Origin: Candidatus Cloacimonadales bacterium | GTDB lineage: Bacteria > Cloacimonadota > Cloacimonadia > Cloacimonadales > JAIOQZ01 | Assembly (NCBI GenBank): GCA_963662655.2 | Contig: CAXXTU010000002.1 | Span: 3,392,001-3,456,000 of the forward strand | Length of the DNA stretch: 64,000 bases | Reading direction: 5' to 3' | In this document: positions 27,597 to 37,008 of the stretch, piece by piece | Position numbering within the stretch: position 1 is the stretch's first letter | Layout of the letters: each line of letters starts with the position of its first letter | Program-made: the position numbers and the translations under genes | Notes under the pieces: model-generated | Seen by the model: only the letters and a program-made list of their open reading frames with translations | Told to the model about the DNA's origin: nothing | Databases searched by the model: none

Positions 27597-28604
27597 CTAT
27601 TTCAGCAAAACTATTTTCTTCACAAGCGGCGACCTGCCTGAGGACAGCACCATCGTATAATATACGCCGCTCCCGACGTTGCGCCCATTGTCGTCCGTGC
27701 CATTCCAGACCAGCGATGTCTTTGCACCAGCCGGAACGCCTTTGTACAGACTCCGCACCTTTTGTCCGCGTACGTTGAACACGTCGACCGTTACCGGACT
27801 TCCCTGTGCGTCCTCGGGGATTTCAAACGAGATGTTCGTCTGTGGATTGAAGGGATTCGGGTAAACGCTTACACTCAGGTCCGAAGGTGGACTCACGGAT
27901 TCCTCTTCGCCCACCGGCAGGGTAATCTGCGCCTGAGAAGCCTGCATGATCTCCTTCGTCTGCCAGTTCTGAACAATGACAACACCGCGGAGATCGTCGA
28001 TGTCCCACTCCGCATCGATCTCGAACTCGTGCTGGAAATAATCGAGTTCACCACCGGAATGGAGCTCGAAACCCATGTCGTCTGACTTCAGAAGAACCAA
28101 GCCGTGGTAGTTAGTCAGATCGTTCCGGGTCAAAAGAAACGTGATCCTGTTGTCGGTCGGATCGATGTCCTGATATAGCTCGACCAGCGCATCGATGATG
28201 ACGGAATTGTCCCGTCCCCCGCCAAGAGTCATCGTCGCGACAACCTTCATCGGGGGTTCTTCGTCGACAAGCTGTGTGTAAAGATCGTAATATTCGTTAA
28301 TGACGTCGTATTCTCCGACATAAGACAAAACACCGCTCCATTCGGCAAGCGGATCCTCAGTGCCGCCATACCACTCGAATCGCTCCACGCCTCCGGGAGA
28401 TGTCTCATCGGTCATATTCCATATAACAGGTATGATATACGGATGTTCTTCAGAAAGTTGAATGAGCGCCGACCGCGCTACAGAGTAGTCACCGCCGCAT
28501 CCGGTACAGACAGTGGTGAAAACCTCGCCCACCACTTTGAGCTGTGCGGCATGCAGCAGCAACGCCGCCAGTAAGATTGGCAGCATCAAAATAAATTTCC
28601 TCAT
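27597..28604 (-). CDS. Omp28-like secreted protein with FlgD-Ig C-terminal domain
   Basis: Signal peptide; EVFTTVCTGC thioredoxin-like motif; VVIVQNWQTKEIMQA; YPNPFNP..WNGTD..SGVY..LLK. Confidence 0.75.
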   Translation of the reverse strand: MRKFILMLPILLAALLLHAAQLKVVGEVFTTVCTGCGGDYSVARSALIQLSEEHPYIIPVIWNMTDETSPGGVERFEWYGGTEDPLAEWSGVLSYVGEYDVINEYYDLYTQLVDEEPPMKVVATMTLGGGRDNSVIIDALVELYQDIDPTDNRITFLLTRNDLTNYHGLVLLKSDDMGFELHSGGELDYFQHEFEIDAEWDIDDLRGVVIVQNWQTKEIMQASQAQITLPVGEEESVSPPSDLSVSVYPNPFNPQTNISFEIPEDAQGSPVTVDVFNVRGQKVRSLYKGVPAGAKTSLVWNGTDDNGRNVGSGVYYTMVLSSGRSPLVKKIVLLK

Positions 28605-28669
28605 TGGATACTCCGATTCATTGTATTTACGTATTCTTTCAAGACAAAGTAGTAATTTATTTCACCATG

Positions 28670-29608
28670 TCAAACATTATCATCGTCTTCTTTCTCGTCG
28701 GGAAGAGTCTCCAGGAAATCGGTGGAACCGTACTTGGTCTTGATCAAGTGGAGAATCTTGTTGTGAATCAGCGAAAGAGATGATGAGAACGGCCCGATTT
28801 TCCGTGCGTGCTCGACAATGCGGTGCGCCTCGAGAAGGCGTTCGTGAGCGATGTATATATTGATGAGATCGAGGTACGTCGTGATATTGAATGGCTCTTT
28901 GCGGATGCTTCTCAGGAGGTATTCGATCGCCTGCTCGGATTTCCCGATCTTCTCGCTCGTTATGCCGTAAGCCCGATAGAAATTCGCTGACGAGTATTGA
29001 AGCTTGTCCGCGTCCTGGAACTCGACGAACGCTCTCAACCAGTTCTTCTGATAGGTGTTTGCGATTCCGCGCAGGAACGATATTTTCCCCGATTTACCGA
29101 AAATCTGTTCGGTCAGGTTCAGCCGTTCGATCGCCTTGTCGTACTCCTTCTGGGAAAGGTATTGCTCGATCAGGAAAAAGTAGGGCAGTTCCGAATCGGG
29201 ACGTATCTGTATGAGCTCTTCCAGAAGGACGATGCTTTCGGCAACGCGGTTCACGCGGGAAAGCGCGATCGCTTTGTTGTACTTGGCCTCCGGAAAGGGA
29301 TCGCCCATTTGGTCGTAATAATACAGCGCGATGTTCATTTCATTCATGGAGAGATAACAGTTGGCAATTTTAAACAGGAGGTTCGGCTCTTTACTGTCTT
29401 TCTCCAGTGCTTTCTGGTACATCTCGATGGCTTTCTTGTGGAGCTTTTTACCCGTGTAGATGTCTCCCATCTCGGTGAGCAGAAACGGATCGTTGTCGTG
29501 CAGTAGCAGCGATTCTTCCAATATACGAACCGCGTGAAGCCAGTTGCGCTTCCGCTCGAATTTGACCTGCCAGATTATATTTTGTATATCGTCCATATCA
29601 TCTTTCAT
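28670..29608 (-). CDS. Tetratricopeptide repeat protein
   Basis: Multiple TPR helices (MGDIY..AIEMYQKALEKD). Confidence 0.85.
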   Translation of the reverse strand: MKDDMDDIQNIIWQVKFERKRNWLHAVRILEESLLLHDNDPFLLTEMGDIYTGKKLHKKAIEMYQKALEKDSKEPNLLFKIANCYLSMNEMNIALYYYDQMGDPFPEAKYNKAIALSRVNRVAESIVLLEELIQIRPDSELPYFFLIEQYLSQKEYDKAIERLNLTEQIFGKSGKISFLRGIANTYQKNWLRAFVEFQDADKLQYSSANFYRAYGITSEKIGKSEQAIEYLLRSIRKEPFNITTYLDLINIYIAHERLLEAHRIVEHARKIGPFSSSLSLIHNKILHLIKTKYGSTDFLETLPDEKEDDDNV

Positions 29609-30581
29609 CTTCGGATATCTGTAGCAAATCGGCAAGCAATGCAAGCACTGCCTCAGGATTCTCGCCCTGATTCACCATCTGCCTGACCTTAGCTCCACCC
29701 CGGTATCCCTTGGTGTAGTCGTGCAGGTGCGTCCGCATTTCCCGAATACCACGATGTGCCCCATAGTATTCGATCGCCATCAAGTAGTGGTTCCGAATGA
29801 TCCGAAACCTCTCTAGATACGATAAATCCATGTATGAGCCTGTCAAGAGAAAATCGGAAGTCTGCCGGAATATCCACGGATTCCCCAGCGCGCCCCTGCC
29901 GATCATGACCGAATCGCAGCCGGTTTCGCCCAGCATCCGCTTCGCGTCTTCGGGCGACCGAATATCTCCGTTGCCCACCACCGGTATCGATACGGCTTCC
30001 TTGACACGCGCAATGATCGACCACTCGCTTTGCCCCGAGTACATTTGCTTGCGGGTGCGAGGATGAACCGCGATCATATCCACTCCGGCGTCTTCCAGAA
30101 TCTTCGCCACCTCGACCGCGTTGATGCTATGGCTGTCCCAACCGCTGCGGATCTTGGCGCTCAACGGTATTCCGCTTCCGCTGAGGGCGCGTTTAATCGA
30201 TCGGATGATGTCGCCGGCCTTTTCGGGTTCCTTCATCAGGGCGGATCCCGCTCCGCGATTCACCACCTTCTTCACCGGACATCCCATGTTGACATCGATG
30301 AAATCCGGCTGACGCTTTTCTGCAATCAATGATGCCGCTCTACCCATTATATCGGCATCGGAGCCGAAAAGCTGAATTCCCACCGGCCTCTGCTCTTGCA
30401 GGAAGTCGGCGTACGGGATGCTGCGGGATTCCTCGAATATCAAGCCATCCGCGCTGACCATCTCCGTGACCATTACCTCCGCACCGCAGGCCTTGCAGAT
30501 GGTGCGAAAAGGCTGGTCCGTGAATCCGGCCAGCGGCGCAAGCCAGATTTTCCTGTCTGTGATGTTCGTAAGCATGCTCAT
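29598..30581 (-). CDS. dusB: tRNA-dihydrouridine synthase B
   Basis: LAPLAG, IDVNMGCP, GAGSALM, VHPRT, NGDI, MIGRGA. Confidence 0.92.
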   Translation of the reverse strand: MSMLTNITDRKIWLAPLAGFTDQPFRTICKACGAEVMVTEMVSADGLIFEESRSIPYADFLQEQRPVGIQLFGSDADIMGRAASLIAEKRQPDFIDVNMGCPVKKVVNRGAGSALMKEPEKAGDIIRSIKRALSGSGIPLSAKIRSGWDSHSINAVEVAKILEDAGVDMIAVHPRTRKQMYSGQSEWSIIARVKEAVSIPVVGNGDIRSPEDAKRMLGETGCDSVMIGRGALGNPWIFRQTSDFLLTGSYMDLSYLERFRIIRNHYLMAIEYYGAHRGIREMRTHLHDYTKGYRGGAKVRQMVNQGENPEAVLALLADLLQISEDER

Positions 30582-30595
30582 GATATGATGTTGTG

Positions 30596-31354
30596 TTATT
30601 TCGTCAACCGGTTGGTTATTCGCTGAATTTCGTAGATGAGGATCGCCGAAGACACGGCTGCATTGAGCGACTCCATCTTCGTCGTCATGGGGATTCTCAC
30701 GTTCCGGGATGCTAATCGCCGTACTTCCGGCGATATCCCGTGCGCCTCCGAGCCGATCACGAGGATGATCGGGCAGGCGAGATTGGAGATGGTGAATATA
30801 TCCTCGCCATCCATATCGGCCACGAGAATTTCCGTTGCGGATTCCTTCAACCACAAGGATTCGCGTATTTCGGAGGGCAGCGACATCGACGCGCCCAGGG
30901 ATGAGCGGATCACTTTGGGATTGGTTCGTTCGCAACATTCCGGCGAGAGGATAATGCCGTCCACTCCTGCTGCTGCCGCAGTGCGGAAGATGGTTCCCAG
31001 ATTGCCCGGATCGCTGACGTTATCCAGGAAGATCAGGAAATCTTTCTGCACGATCGGGATTTCCCTGATTGGGTACAGCGCTGCGATGCCTTGCGGAGCC
31101 TGGGTTTCGGAAATCCGTGAGAAGTCGCGATCCCTCAACTGGTAGCAACTATCGGCAGGCATCGAACGAATAATGCAATCGTAATCCGGCTTGGCTTCCG
31201 TGATGTAAAGCTGCTCCGGCTGAATGCCGTTATCGAGAAGTTGCCGGATGGTTCGTAAACCCTCGACGACGACTTTCCCGTTCTCGACGCGGTTCTTCTT
31301 GCGGTTCAAGCTCGCGAGCAATTTCAGGTGATTGAGAGCCAACCCTTGATTCAT
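30596..31354 (-). CDS. TrmH/SpoU family RNA methyltransferase
   Basis: DPGNLGTIFRTA, GSEAHG, ESLNAAVS. Confidence 0.92.
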   Translation of the reverse strand: MNQGLALNHLKLLASLNRKKNRVENGKVVVEGLRTIRQLLDNGIQPEQLYITEAKPDYDCIIRSMPADSCYQLRDRDFSRISETQAPQGIAALYPIREIPIVQKDFLIFLDNVSDPGNLGTIFRTAAAAGVDGIILSPECCERTNPKVIRSSLGASMSLPSEIRESLWLKESATEILVADMDGEDIFTISNLACPIILVIGSEAHGISPEVRRLASRNVRIPMTTKMESLNAAVSSAILIYEIQRITNRLTK

Positions 31355-31362
31355 GCGCCCCG

Positions 31363-33033
31363 CTAATTCCCTTCCGTATGGTAGAGCGATTTGATTTTAT
31401 CGGCGTCGATGTTGTCGATCTGTTCGTCTTTGAGATATTCGTACGCGTAGTCGAGGTATAGCTTTGTATCGATGAAGAGATCAAGGATATCCTTGTCGAT
31501 TTCGCGATCTTTCGCCATGAAGCCCATGATTCTCAAGGTTTCGCTGAGCGTCTTGCCCTTCTTGTATGGTCTGTCGCAAGCGGTAAGGGCTTCATAGAGG
31601 TCGGCGATGGAGATGATCCGGGCCTGAAGTGGAAGGTTTGCTTCCTCGAGCTGGCATGGATAGCCTTTCCCGTTGAGCTTCTCATGATGCGAGGAGGCAT
31701 AGAGCGGAACATTCCGGTACTTCTTGGGGAAGGTGAGTTCCTTGAGCATCTCGCTGGTGACCTGGGCGTGGTCCCGCATGATGGAGAACTCGTCGGGCAT
31801 CAAGGTACCGCGACGTACGCAAAGGTTGTTCTTCTCGTTCTCGGTGATCAGGAAATAATGCTTTCCGCCCGAATCGTACTGGAATTTATAGATGTTTTCG
31901 ACGTGAACCAGGTCTTCGTCCTTCATGAATTCTCCACCGAAATTGATGTGATCCACAAATTCGAAATCCGCGCGTACTTGCTCGATCAGCTTTTCGAGCT
32001 CCCGAGTGTCTTCCTTGTTCGCTTTCTTGATCGCGATATCCTTCTCGATAACGGCCTCGGCGAGCTCGAAACGGGTTTTGATCAGCTCGATTCGATCGAA
32101 GATGGTCTCGAGCTTGGTTGATTTATCCATGATGTGCGCGGGAGTAATGATCTTGCCCAGGTCGTGCATCCATCCCGACATGCTGATTTCGCGCATTTCG
32201 TCTTCGGTGAAATGCCTGTCCTTGTAGTGGCCGGAGCTATCTTCCTGGATTTTATTGGCGATCGCTTCCGTGAGCCGTGCCACGCGTTCGATGTGACCGC
32301 CGGTGTATTTCGATTTCCGGTCGATTGCGCCTGCAATCGAGCGGATGAACTGGTCCAAAAGGGTTTCGAGGCCTTCGATGAGCTTCTTGTTGGTCATGGA
32401 GATCGCCGCGAAGGACGCCAGTGCGTTGAGCATCGCCATGTGCTCGTCGGTGAAGCTGATGATTTCCTCGTCCTCGTTCATGGCGTTGATGAGCTGAACG
32501 ACGCCGAGAATCTCCTGCTCGTGATCTTTCAGGGGAAAGGCGATCATCGATTTGGAGCGGTAGTTGTTGGCCTTGTCGACCTTTCTCGTTCCGCTGTTGT
32601 CGAAGATTTCCTGGTGATAAACGTCGTCAACGCGCTGGGCGGTTCCCGTATGCGCGACGTAGGTGGCCATGTTGCGGAGCTGCTTGGTCCCGTCTTCCTG
32701 GTAAAGCGGAATGCTCGGCCATGTGATCGGGCCGTATGTTCCGCCCATGCGCAGGTTCATGGTGCGGTTGTAGACCACGCGGAAATCGAGGAACGCCTTG
32801 TCTTTCGAGACGGAGTAGATCGTCGCTCCATCTGCGCTGGTGTAGGAGAGCGCTTCTTCGAGGATCATATCGAAGATTTTATCCAGACTCGTCTCGGCGG
32901 AGAGTGCGATTCCGATTTCGCGCAGGCGGTCGATATGAGAGAGCTGATCGCCTGCAAATATATTGATCTGGTCCTGTATCTCGGCCAATAGCTTTTTTAC
33001 TTTCAGATTTGTGCTGTAATCACTGCCAGTCAT
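31363..33033 (-). CDS. GAF plus HD-GYP phosphodiesterase
   Basis: GAF N-terminus; HDLGK, HHEKLNGKGYP, DRPYK. Confidence 0.9.
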   Translation of the reverse strand: MTGSDYSTNLKVKKLLAEIQDQINIFAGDQLSHIDRLREIGIALSAETSLDKIFDMILEEALSYTSADGATIYSVSKDKAFLDFRVVYNRTMNLRMGGTYGPITWPSIPLYQEDGTKQLRNMATYVAHTGTAQRVDDVYHQEIFDNSGTRKVDKANNYRSKSMIAFPLKDHEQEILGVVQLINAMNEDEEIISFTDEHMAMLNALASFAAISMTNKKLIEGLETLLDQFIRSIAGAIDRKSKYTGGHIERVARLTEAIANKIQEDSSGHYKDRHFTEDEMREISMSGWMHDLGKIITPAHIMDKSTKLETIFDRIELIKTRFELAEAVIEKDIAIKKANKEDTRELEKLIEQVRADFEFVDHINFGGEFMKDEDLVHVENIYKFQYDSGGKHYFLITENEKNNLCVRRGTLMPDEFSIMRDHAQVTSEMLKELTFPKKYRNVPLYASSHHEKLNGKGYPCQLEEANLPLQARIISIADLYEALTACDRPYKKGKTLSETLRIMGFMAKDREIDKDILDLFIDTKLYLDYAYEYLKDEQIDNIDADKIKSLYHTEGN

Positions 33034-33171
33034 GTTTCAACCTCCAAAATCCATTGACAACGGTTTTATATAGCATTTATCTATACCGTAATATGGTAAG
33101 ACGATGTATGATGAAGTCAAATAACGAAATGAAGTCACGGTGGTTTGTGTCAATCATTTTAAGGAGGTATC

Positions 33172-33708
33172 ATGAAAATTAAGGTGGAAAACGCCCTGTT
33201 CGTGATGATCGATGTGCAAGAAAAGTTCCGACCGGTCATTCACGAGATCGATGCTGTCATACATAACTGCGGCGTTCTGACCAAGGCTGCGGGTCTCCTT
33301 GGTGTCAGGCTGCTGGTTACGGAGCAATATCCTGAAGGCTTGGGGCGGACGATGCAGGAGATCGAGCTATCTCCCGAAACGAAGGTGTATGGTAAAACCA
33401 GTTTCAGCATCTTCGACGATTCGATTCGCAAGGACATCTGCCGGATGGATGCATCGTGGATCGTTCTCTTCGGGATCGAGACGCATGTGTGCGTCATGCA
33501 AAGCGCGATTGAAGCGATCCAGTGCGGCTTGAACGTGATGGTGGTGTGCGACGCTGTTAGTTCGAGAAAGTCTTACAGCAAGGAAGTCGCATTGCAGAGA
33601 ATGAGGCAGATCGGCTGCCACGTGGTTACGACCGAGATGCTGTTGTTCGAACTCATGGAGGGGGCGGATCATCCGGCATTTCGCAAGATATCGCGTCTGA
33701 TCAAATGA
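33172..33708 (+). CDS. Isochorismatase family hydrolase
   Basis: IDVQEK, TEQYPEGLG, KTSFS, GIETHVCV. Confidence 0.9.
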   Translation: MKIKVENALFVMIDVQEKFRPVIHEIDAVIHNCGVLTKAAGLLGVRLLVTEQYPEGLGRTMQEIELSPETKVYGKTSFSIFDDSIRKDICRMDASWIVLFGIETHVCVMQSAIEAIQCGLNVMVVCDAVSSRKSYSKEVALQRMRQIGCHVVTTEMLLFELMEGADHPAFRKISRLIK

Positions 33709-34310
33709 AGTTCGACACGATTATCCTGGCAGCCGGCAAGTCGAGCCGGATGGGGCAAGACAAGGCTCTGATGGAGGTTGACGGCAGCGCTTGTGTCGAT
33801 ATCCATCTGGAAAAGCTAATGCAAGTGAGTGACCGAATCATTGTTGTTCTGGGCGGTAATTTCGATAAAGTAAATGCTTGGATCAGTCAAAATCATGCAG
33901 GGAACTCACGCATTCTCCCCGTATTCAACGCGCAGCATGAGAGGGGGATGTTTTCGTCCGTGCAGGAGGGATTCAGGCATGTGAGTGACCATCGTCCCAT
34001 TCTGCTCCAGATGGTCGATCAGCCCGGCGTGCCGCTACAAGTTTACAAGCAGCTCGCAAGATGCTGGGATTCGCAATACCGTATCATGCAGCCGGGGATC
34101 ATGAAGGATGGTCAGATGCAGAAAGGGCATCCGCTGGTTTTTCATCCTGGAATGATCGAGATGATTCTGCGCGCGTCGCCCGATTCCATTCTCCGCGATA
34201 TTGTAGACGGGGAGGATAGCCGTGTAGTCGAGGTTGATTTCCCCGGCATTTTACAAAATCTCAACTCACCTCGGGAAATGAAAACTCAAGGCGTGAGCAG
34301 ATTCGTTTGA
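33705..34310 (+). CDS. MobA/MocA-like NTP transferase
   Basis: ILAAGKSSRMGQDKAL, GMFSS, VDQP, GHP. Confidence 0.85.
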   Translation: MKFDTIILAAGKSSRMGQDKALMEVDGSACVDIHLEKLMQVSDRIIVVLGGNFDKVNAWISQNHAGNSRILPVFNAQHERGMFSSVQEGFRHVSDHRPILLQMVDQPGVPLQVYKQLARCWDSQYRIMQPGIMKDGQMQKGHPLVFHPGMIEMILRASPDSILRDIVDGEDSRVVEVDFPGILQNLNSPREMKTQGVSRFV

Positions 34311-34394
34311 TGGGCGAAGATGCCACGTCCGTGAATATGCCCGTGCTCTGTTGCTCCGCTTCTTCTATTTTATAAGTTTCTCAAGGTTCGGCAA

Positions 34395-34874
34395 TCAATC
34401 ATCCAGATACAGGAAAACAGCGCCTTCGTTTTTTCCATCGTTGATTATACTGTGAAATGCCTCATCCATAATCTCCGAATAATCTTGAGTATCCAGGTAA
34501 CGGGCAGTCAATTTCACTTTGTTGTCATCCGAAATACGAATTTTAACGTAGTTATATACGTATCCTTCGCCGATAGGATTATCGATGAGCTTTGATTCCG
34601 AGCAAACAATGAAACCGTTTGGGTTGCCCATCATCATGGGAGCGAAGTATTCAAAAACATCCAGGTCCATACCGCCGATGGCATTGGGGGAGTATGACTT
34701 CACTTCATTGTCGCTAATCAATTCACATTCGGCATAGTGAATGATAACACGTACTGTGCTACCGCCCTCCAGCGCTTCAAGCATATCGGCGAAAGTGGTT
34801 ATCTGGATCATTTCAGCGTGTAATGCGCCAAATCCCAGACAAAGGATTGCGAAAAAGAAAATAGTGATTTTCAT
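34395..34874 (-). CDS. VirK-like secreted protein
   Basis: Signal peptide; ALEGGSTVRVIIHYAEC..IGG pattern. Confidence 0.55.
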   Translation of the reverse strand: MKITIFFFAILCLGFGALHAEMIQITTFADMLEALEGGSTVRVIIHYAECELISDNEVKSYSPNAIGGMDLDVFEYFAPMMMGNPNGFIVCSESKLIDNPIGEGYVYNYVKIRISDDNKVKLTARYLDTQDYSEIMDEAFHSIINDGKNEGAVFLYLDD

Positions 34875-34886
34875 AAAGAATCTCCT

Positions 34887-35882
34887 TTATTGTCGTTGTA
34901 GCATTTGTTCAATGTTTTTCATGACCGTCTCCGGCGAAATGCCAAACCGATTTCCGTCGTCCTTCGGATGATCTGGAACGTACAGGCAGCGGTAGTTTCC
35001 CAGGGGTTTCGGGCACCAGTTTATCGGGTTGGTGTTCCCGAAAATCGAGAGCGCCGGTGTGCCGGTGGACGCACACAAGTGATTGATACCTCCGTCGTTG
35101 CAAACAAGGAGCTTTGCGCGCGTCAACATTGCCGCACCCTGATTGAAATCGGTGGGCGGAGCGATAAGGGCGTCGCGCTTCATGTGCGAGATAACCCCGT
35201 TGACGTCATCCATTTCCCTCGGGCCCCATAAAATCACGACCGGCAACCCGAGTTTCTCGATGATCATATCAGCCACCTGCGCGTAGTTCTCCAGACGCCA
35301 TTTCTTCTTCGGAACCGGACTTCCCGGAGAGATGCACACGAAATCGGTGAGGTGGTTCTCTTCAATCCATTGATCGATGTATTGAAACGATTCGTCTTTG
35401 ATGTGGTAGTGGAGCTTGTAGGGTTCTTCATCTATTCCGAGCGGTTTGAGAAGATCGAACTTCATGGAGGCGGAATAGCGATTTTCGCCAGGCAAAACGG
35501 GGATATTGTACATGAAGGCCACCCGACTATTCGCCCAGCCCAGTCTGTATCGAGCCATGCTGAACATGGCGATCTGTGCGCTTCCCGTTCCTCGCATCTG
35601 GTCGATGACAATATCGAACCTCCTTGCGAAAACACGGGCAAAAACCTTGATCCTGGATAGAACATATCCCATCCCCTTGCCCTGCTTGAAAACCATCACT
35701 TCGTCAATATGTGGATTGTTCTCAAGCACCTTGTGGAAGGGCGTTCTCGCCAGGAACACGATATGGGCTTTCGGGAATTTCTTGCGCAAGGCTGGTAGAT
35801 ATGCGGTGTTGAGCAGGATGTCGCCAAAAGGCTCGAATTGGATAACGAGTATCTTACTGATTTCATCGATCTTGATGGGCAC
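34887..35882 (-). CDS. GT9 (heptosyltransferase-like) glycosyltransferase
   Basis: FGDILL..LRKKFPKAHI, PGSPVPKKKW, NDGGINHL. Confidence 0.88.
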   Translation of the reverse strand: MPIKIDEISKILVIQFEPFGDILLNTAYLPALRKKFPKAHIVFLARTPFHKVLENNPHIDEVMVFKQGKGMGYVLSRIKVFARVFARRFDIVIDQMRGTGSAQIAMFSMARYRLGWANSRVAFMYNIPVLPGENRYSASMKFDLLKPLGIDEEPYKLHYHIKDESFQYIDQWIEENHLTDFVCISPGSPVPKKKWRLENYAQVADMIIEKLGLPVVILWGPREMDDVNGVISHMKRDALIAPPTDFNQGAAMLTRAKLLVCNDGGINHLCASTGTPALSIFGNTNPINWCPKPLGNYRCLYVPDHPKDDGNRFGISPETVMKNIEQMLQRQ

Positions 35883-35883
35883 G

Positions 35884-36297
35884 TTACCTCCTGATCATAA
35901 CGCGGTATGCCGCTAGATCGGTCTTGAAGCCATACTTCTGATAGATATGTCTTGCCGGGGCGTTGTCTTTGTGAACTTCAAGCTTCATCTGCATTTTCAT
36001 TTCATCGGCGTAGCGAATTGCATCCTGCATGACGATCTGTCCGTAACCTTTTCCCTGCATTTCGGGAAGAACAGCCATGTGGTGCAGGTAAAGCCGTCGG
36101 GCGTCATTGGTGATCCACGCCGTTCCGACGGGTTTCTCGCCTTCCATCAGAATGATGATGCGTCCGCCGTGGTCGAGAGTTTTCAAAACCAGATCGTAGG
36201 TGTCCCCGCGCTCGGGGCGTCCCACGCCGGTGAGTTGCCAGATATTGGCGATATGATCGAAAAGCTCGGGATTGATATCGTGGATTATCGTTGTCAT
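35884..36297 (-). CDS. GNAT N-acetyltransferase
   Basis: MAVLPEMQGKGYG, NAPARHIYQKYGF. Confidence 0.88.
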   Translation of the reverse strand: MTTIIHDINPELFDHIANIWQLTGVGRPERGDTYDLVLKTLDHGGRIIILMEGEKPVGTAWITNDARRLYLHHMAVLPEMQGKGYGQIVMQDAIRYADEMKMQMKLEVHKDNAPARHIYQKYGFKTDLAAYRVMIRR

Positions 36298-36307
36298 GCT
36301 CGTTCCT

Positions 36308-36784
36308 TTAGAGGTGTTCGGCAAGGAGAATCTCTTGCTCGGGGTCGATCCAGGCGTGCTTGACTTCCCCGGCGAAGATGGTGTGGTCGCCGGTACGAAC
36401 CTGCGTGATAATCTCGCACTCGAAATTGCATACGGCTTCCCTTATAATGGGTAGCTTGGCAAGCCTTCCCGGGAATACGCTGTGTTCGCACTGCTCGAAT
36501 TTATCGATGTCGCGTCCCGATTTCGAGCCACAGAGGATCGCAAAGTCGCGCATTTTCCTCGATGCCATCACGAGATTGAAATGCTTTGTTTTCTGCAGAC
36601 ACTCGTAGCTGTATCGGGTGTGTCCGATGGAAATAGCGAAAACGGGCGGCGAGATGGATGTCCGCATGAACCACTCCAGCGTGATGGCGTTACACTTGCC
36701 GTCGGGCGTTGCGCATACTGCCAGCGCGATTTTTGCCGGGTGCTTGGAAAGCTTGATTGCTTCCGCAATATCGGTTCTTTGCAT
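36308..36784 (-). CDS. Flavin reductase-like protein
   Basis: SISPP, CGSKSGRDIDKF, GDHTIFAGEV; AAGGAG RBS before ATG 36784. Confidence 0.85.
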   Translation of the reverse strand: MQRTDIAEAIKLSKHPAKIALAVCATPDGKCNAITLEWFMRTSISPPVFAISIGHTRYSYECLQKTKHFNLVMASRKMRDFAILCGSKSGRDIDKFEQCEHSVFPGRLAKLPIIREAVCNFECEIITQVRTGDHTIFAGEVKHAWIDPEQEILLAEHL

Positions 36785-37008
36785 AAGCAGCTCCTTGTAT
36801 GACAATCATTCAAGCACGGGGTGCGTTGTAAACAATTTTCTCATCCGTTCCGGTACTTAGAGATACGGGTCGAACAAAGAAAACCGTCTTGCTCCGCATG
36901 AAAATTCTTGCATGTTATTGAATCGGTTTGTAAGGTTGGTTATATGTACGTAAGGAATGAAATTTGCTCTTGATACGACAAAAAAACGCACCACAAGGAG
37001 GGATCTCG

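Noticed and set aside
28480..28535. Selenocysteine in the Omp28-like redox motif
   Set aside because: The frame reads TGT ACC GGA TGC (CTGC) with no in-frame TGA
29598..30938. 446-aa N-terminally extended DusB
   Set aside because: The extension overlaps the TrmH gene; DusB similarity begins near 30581
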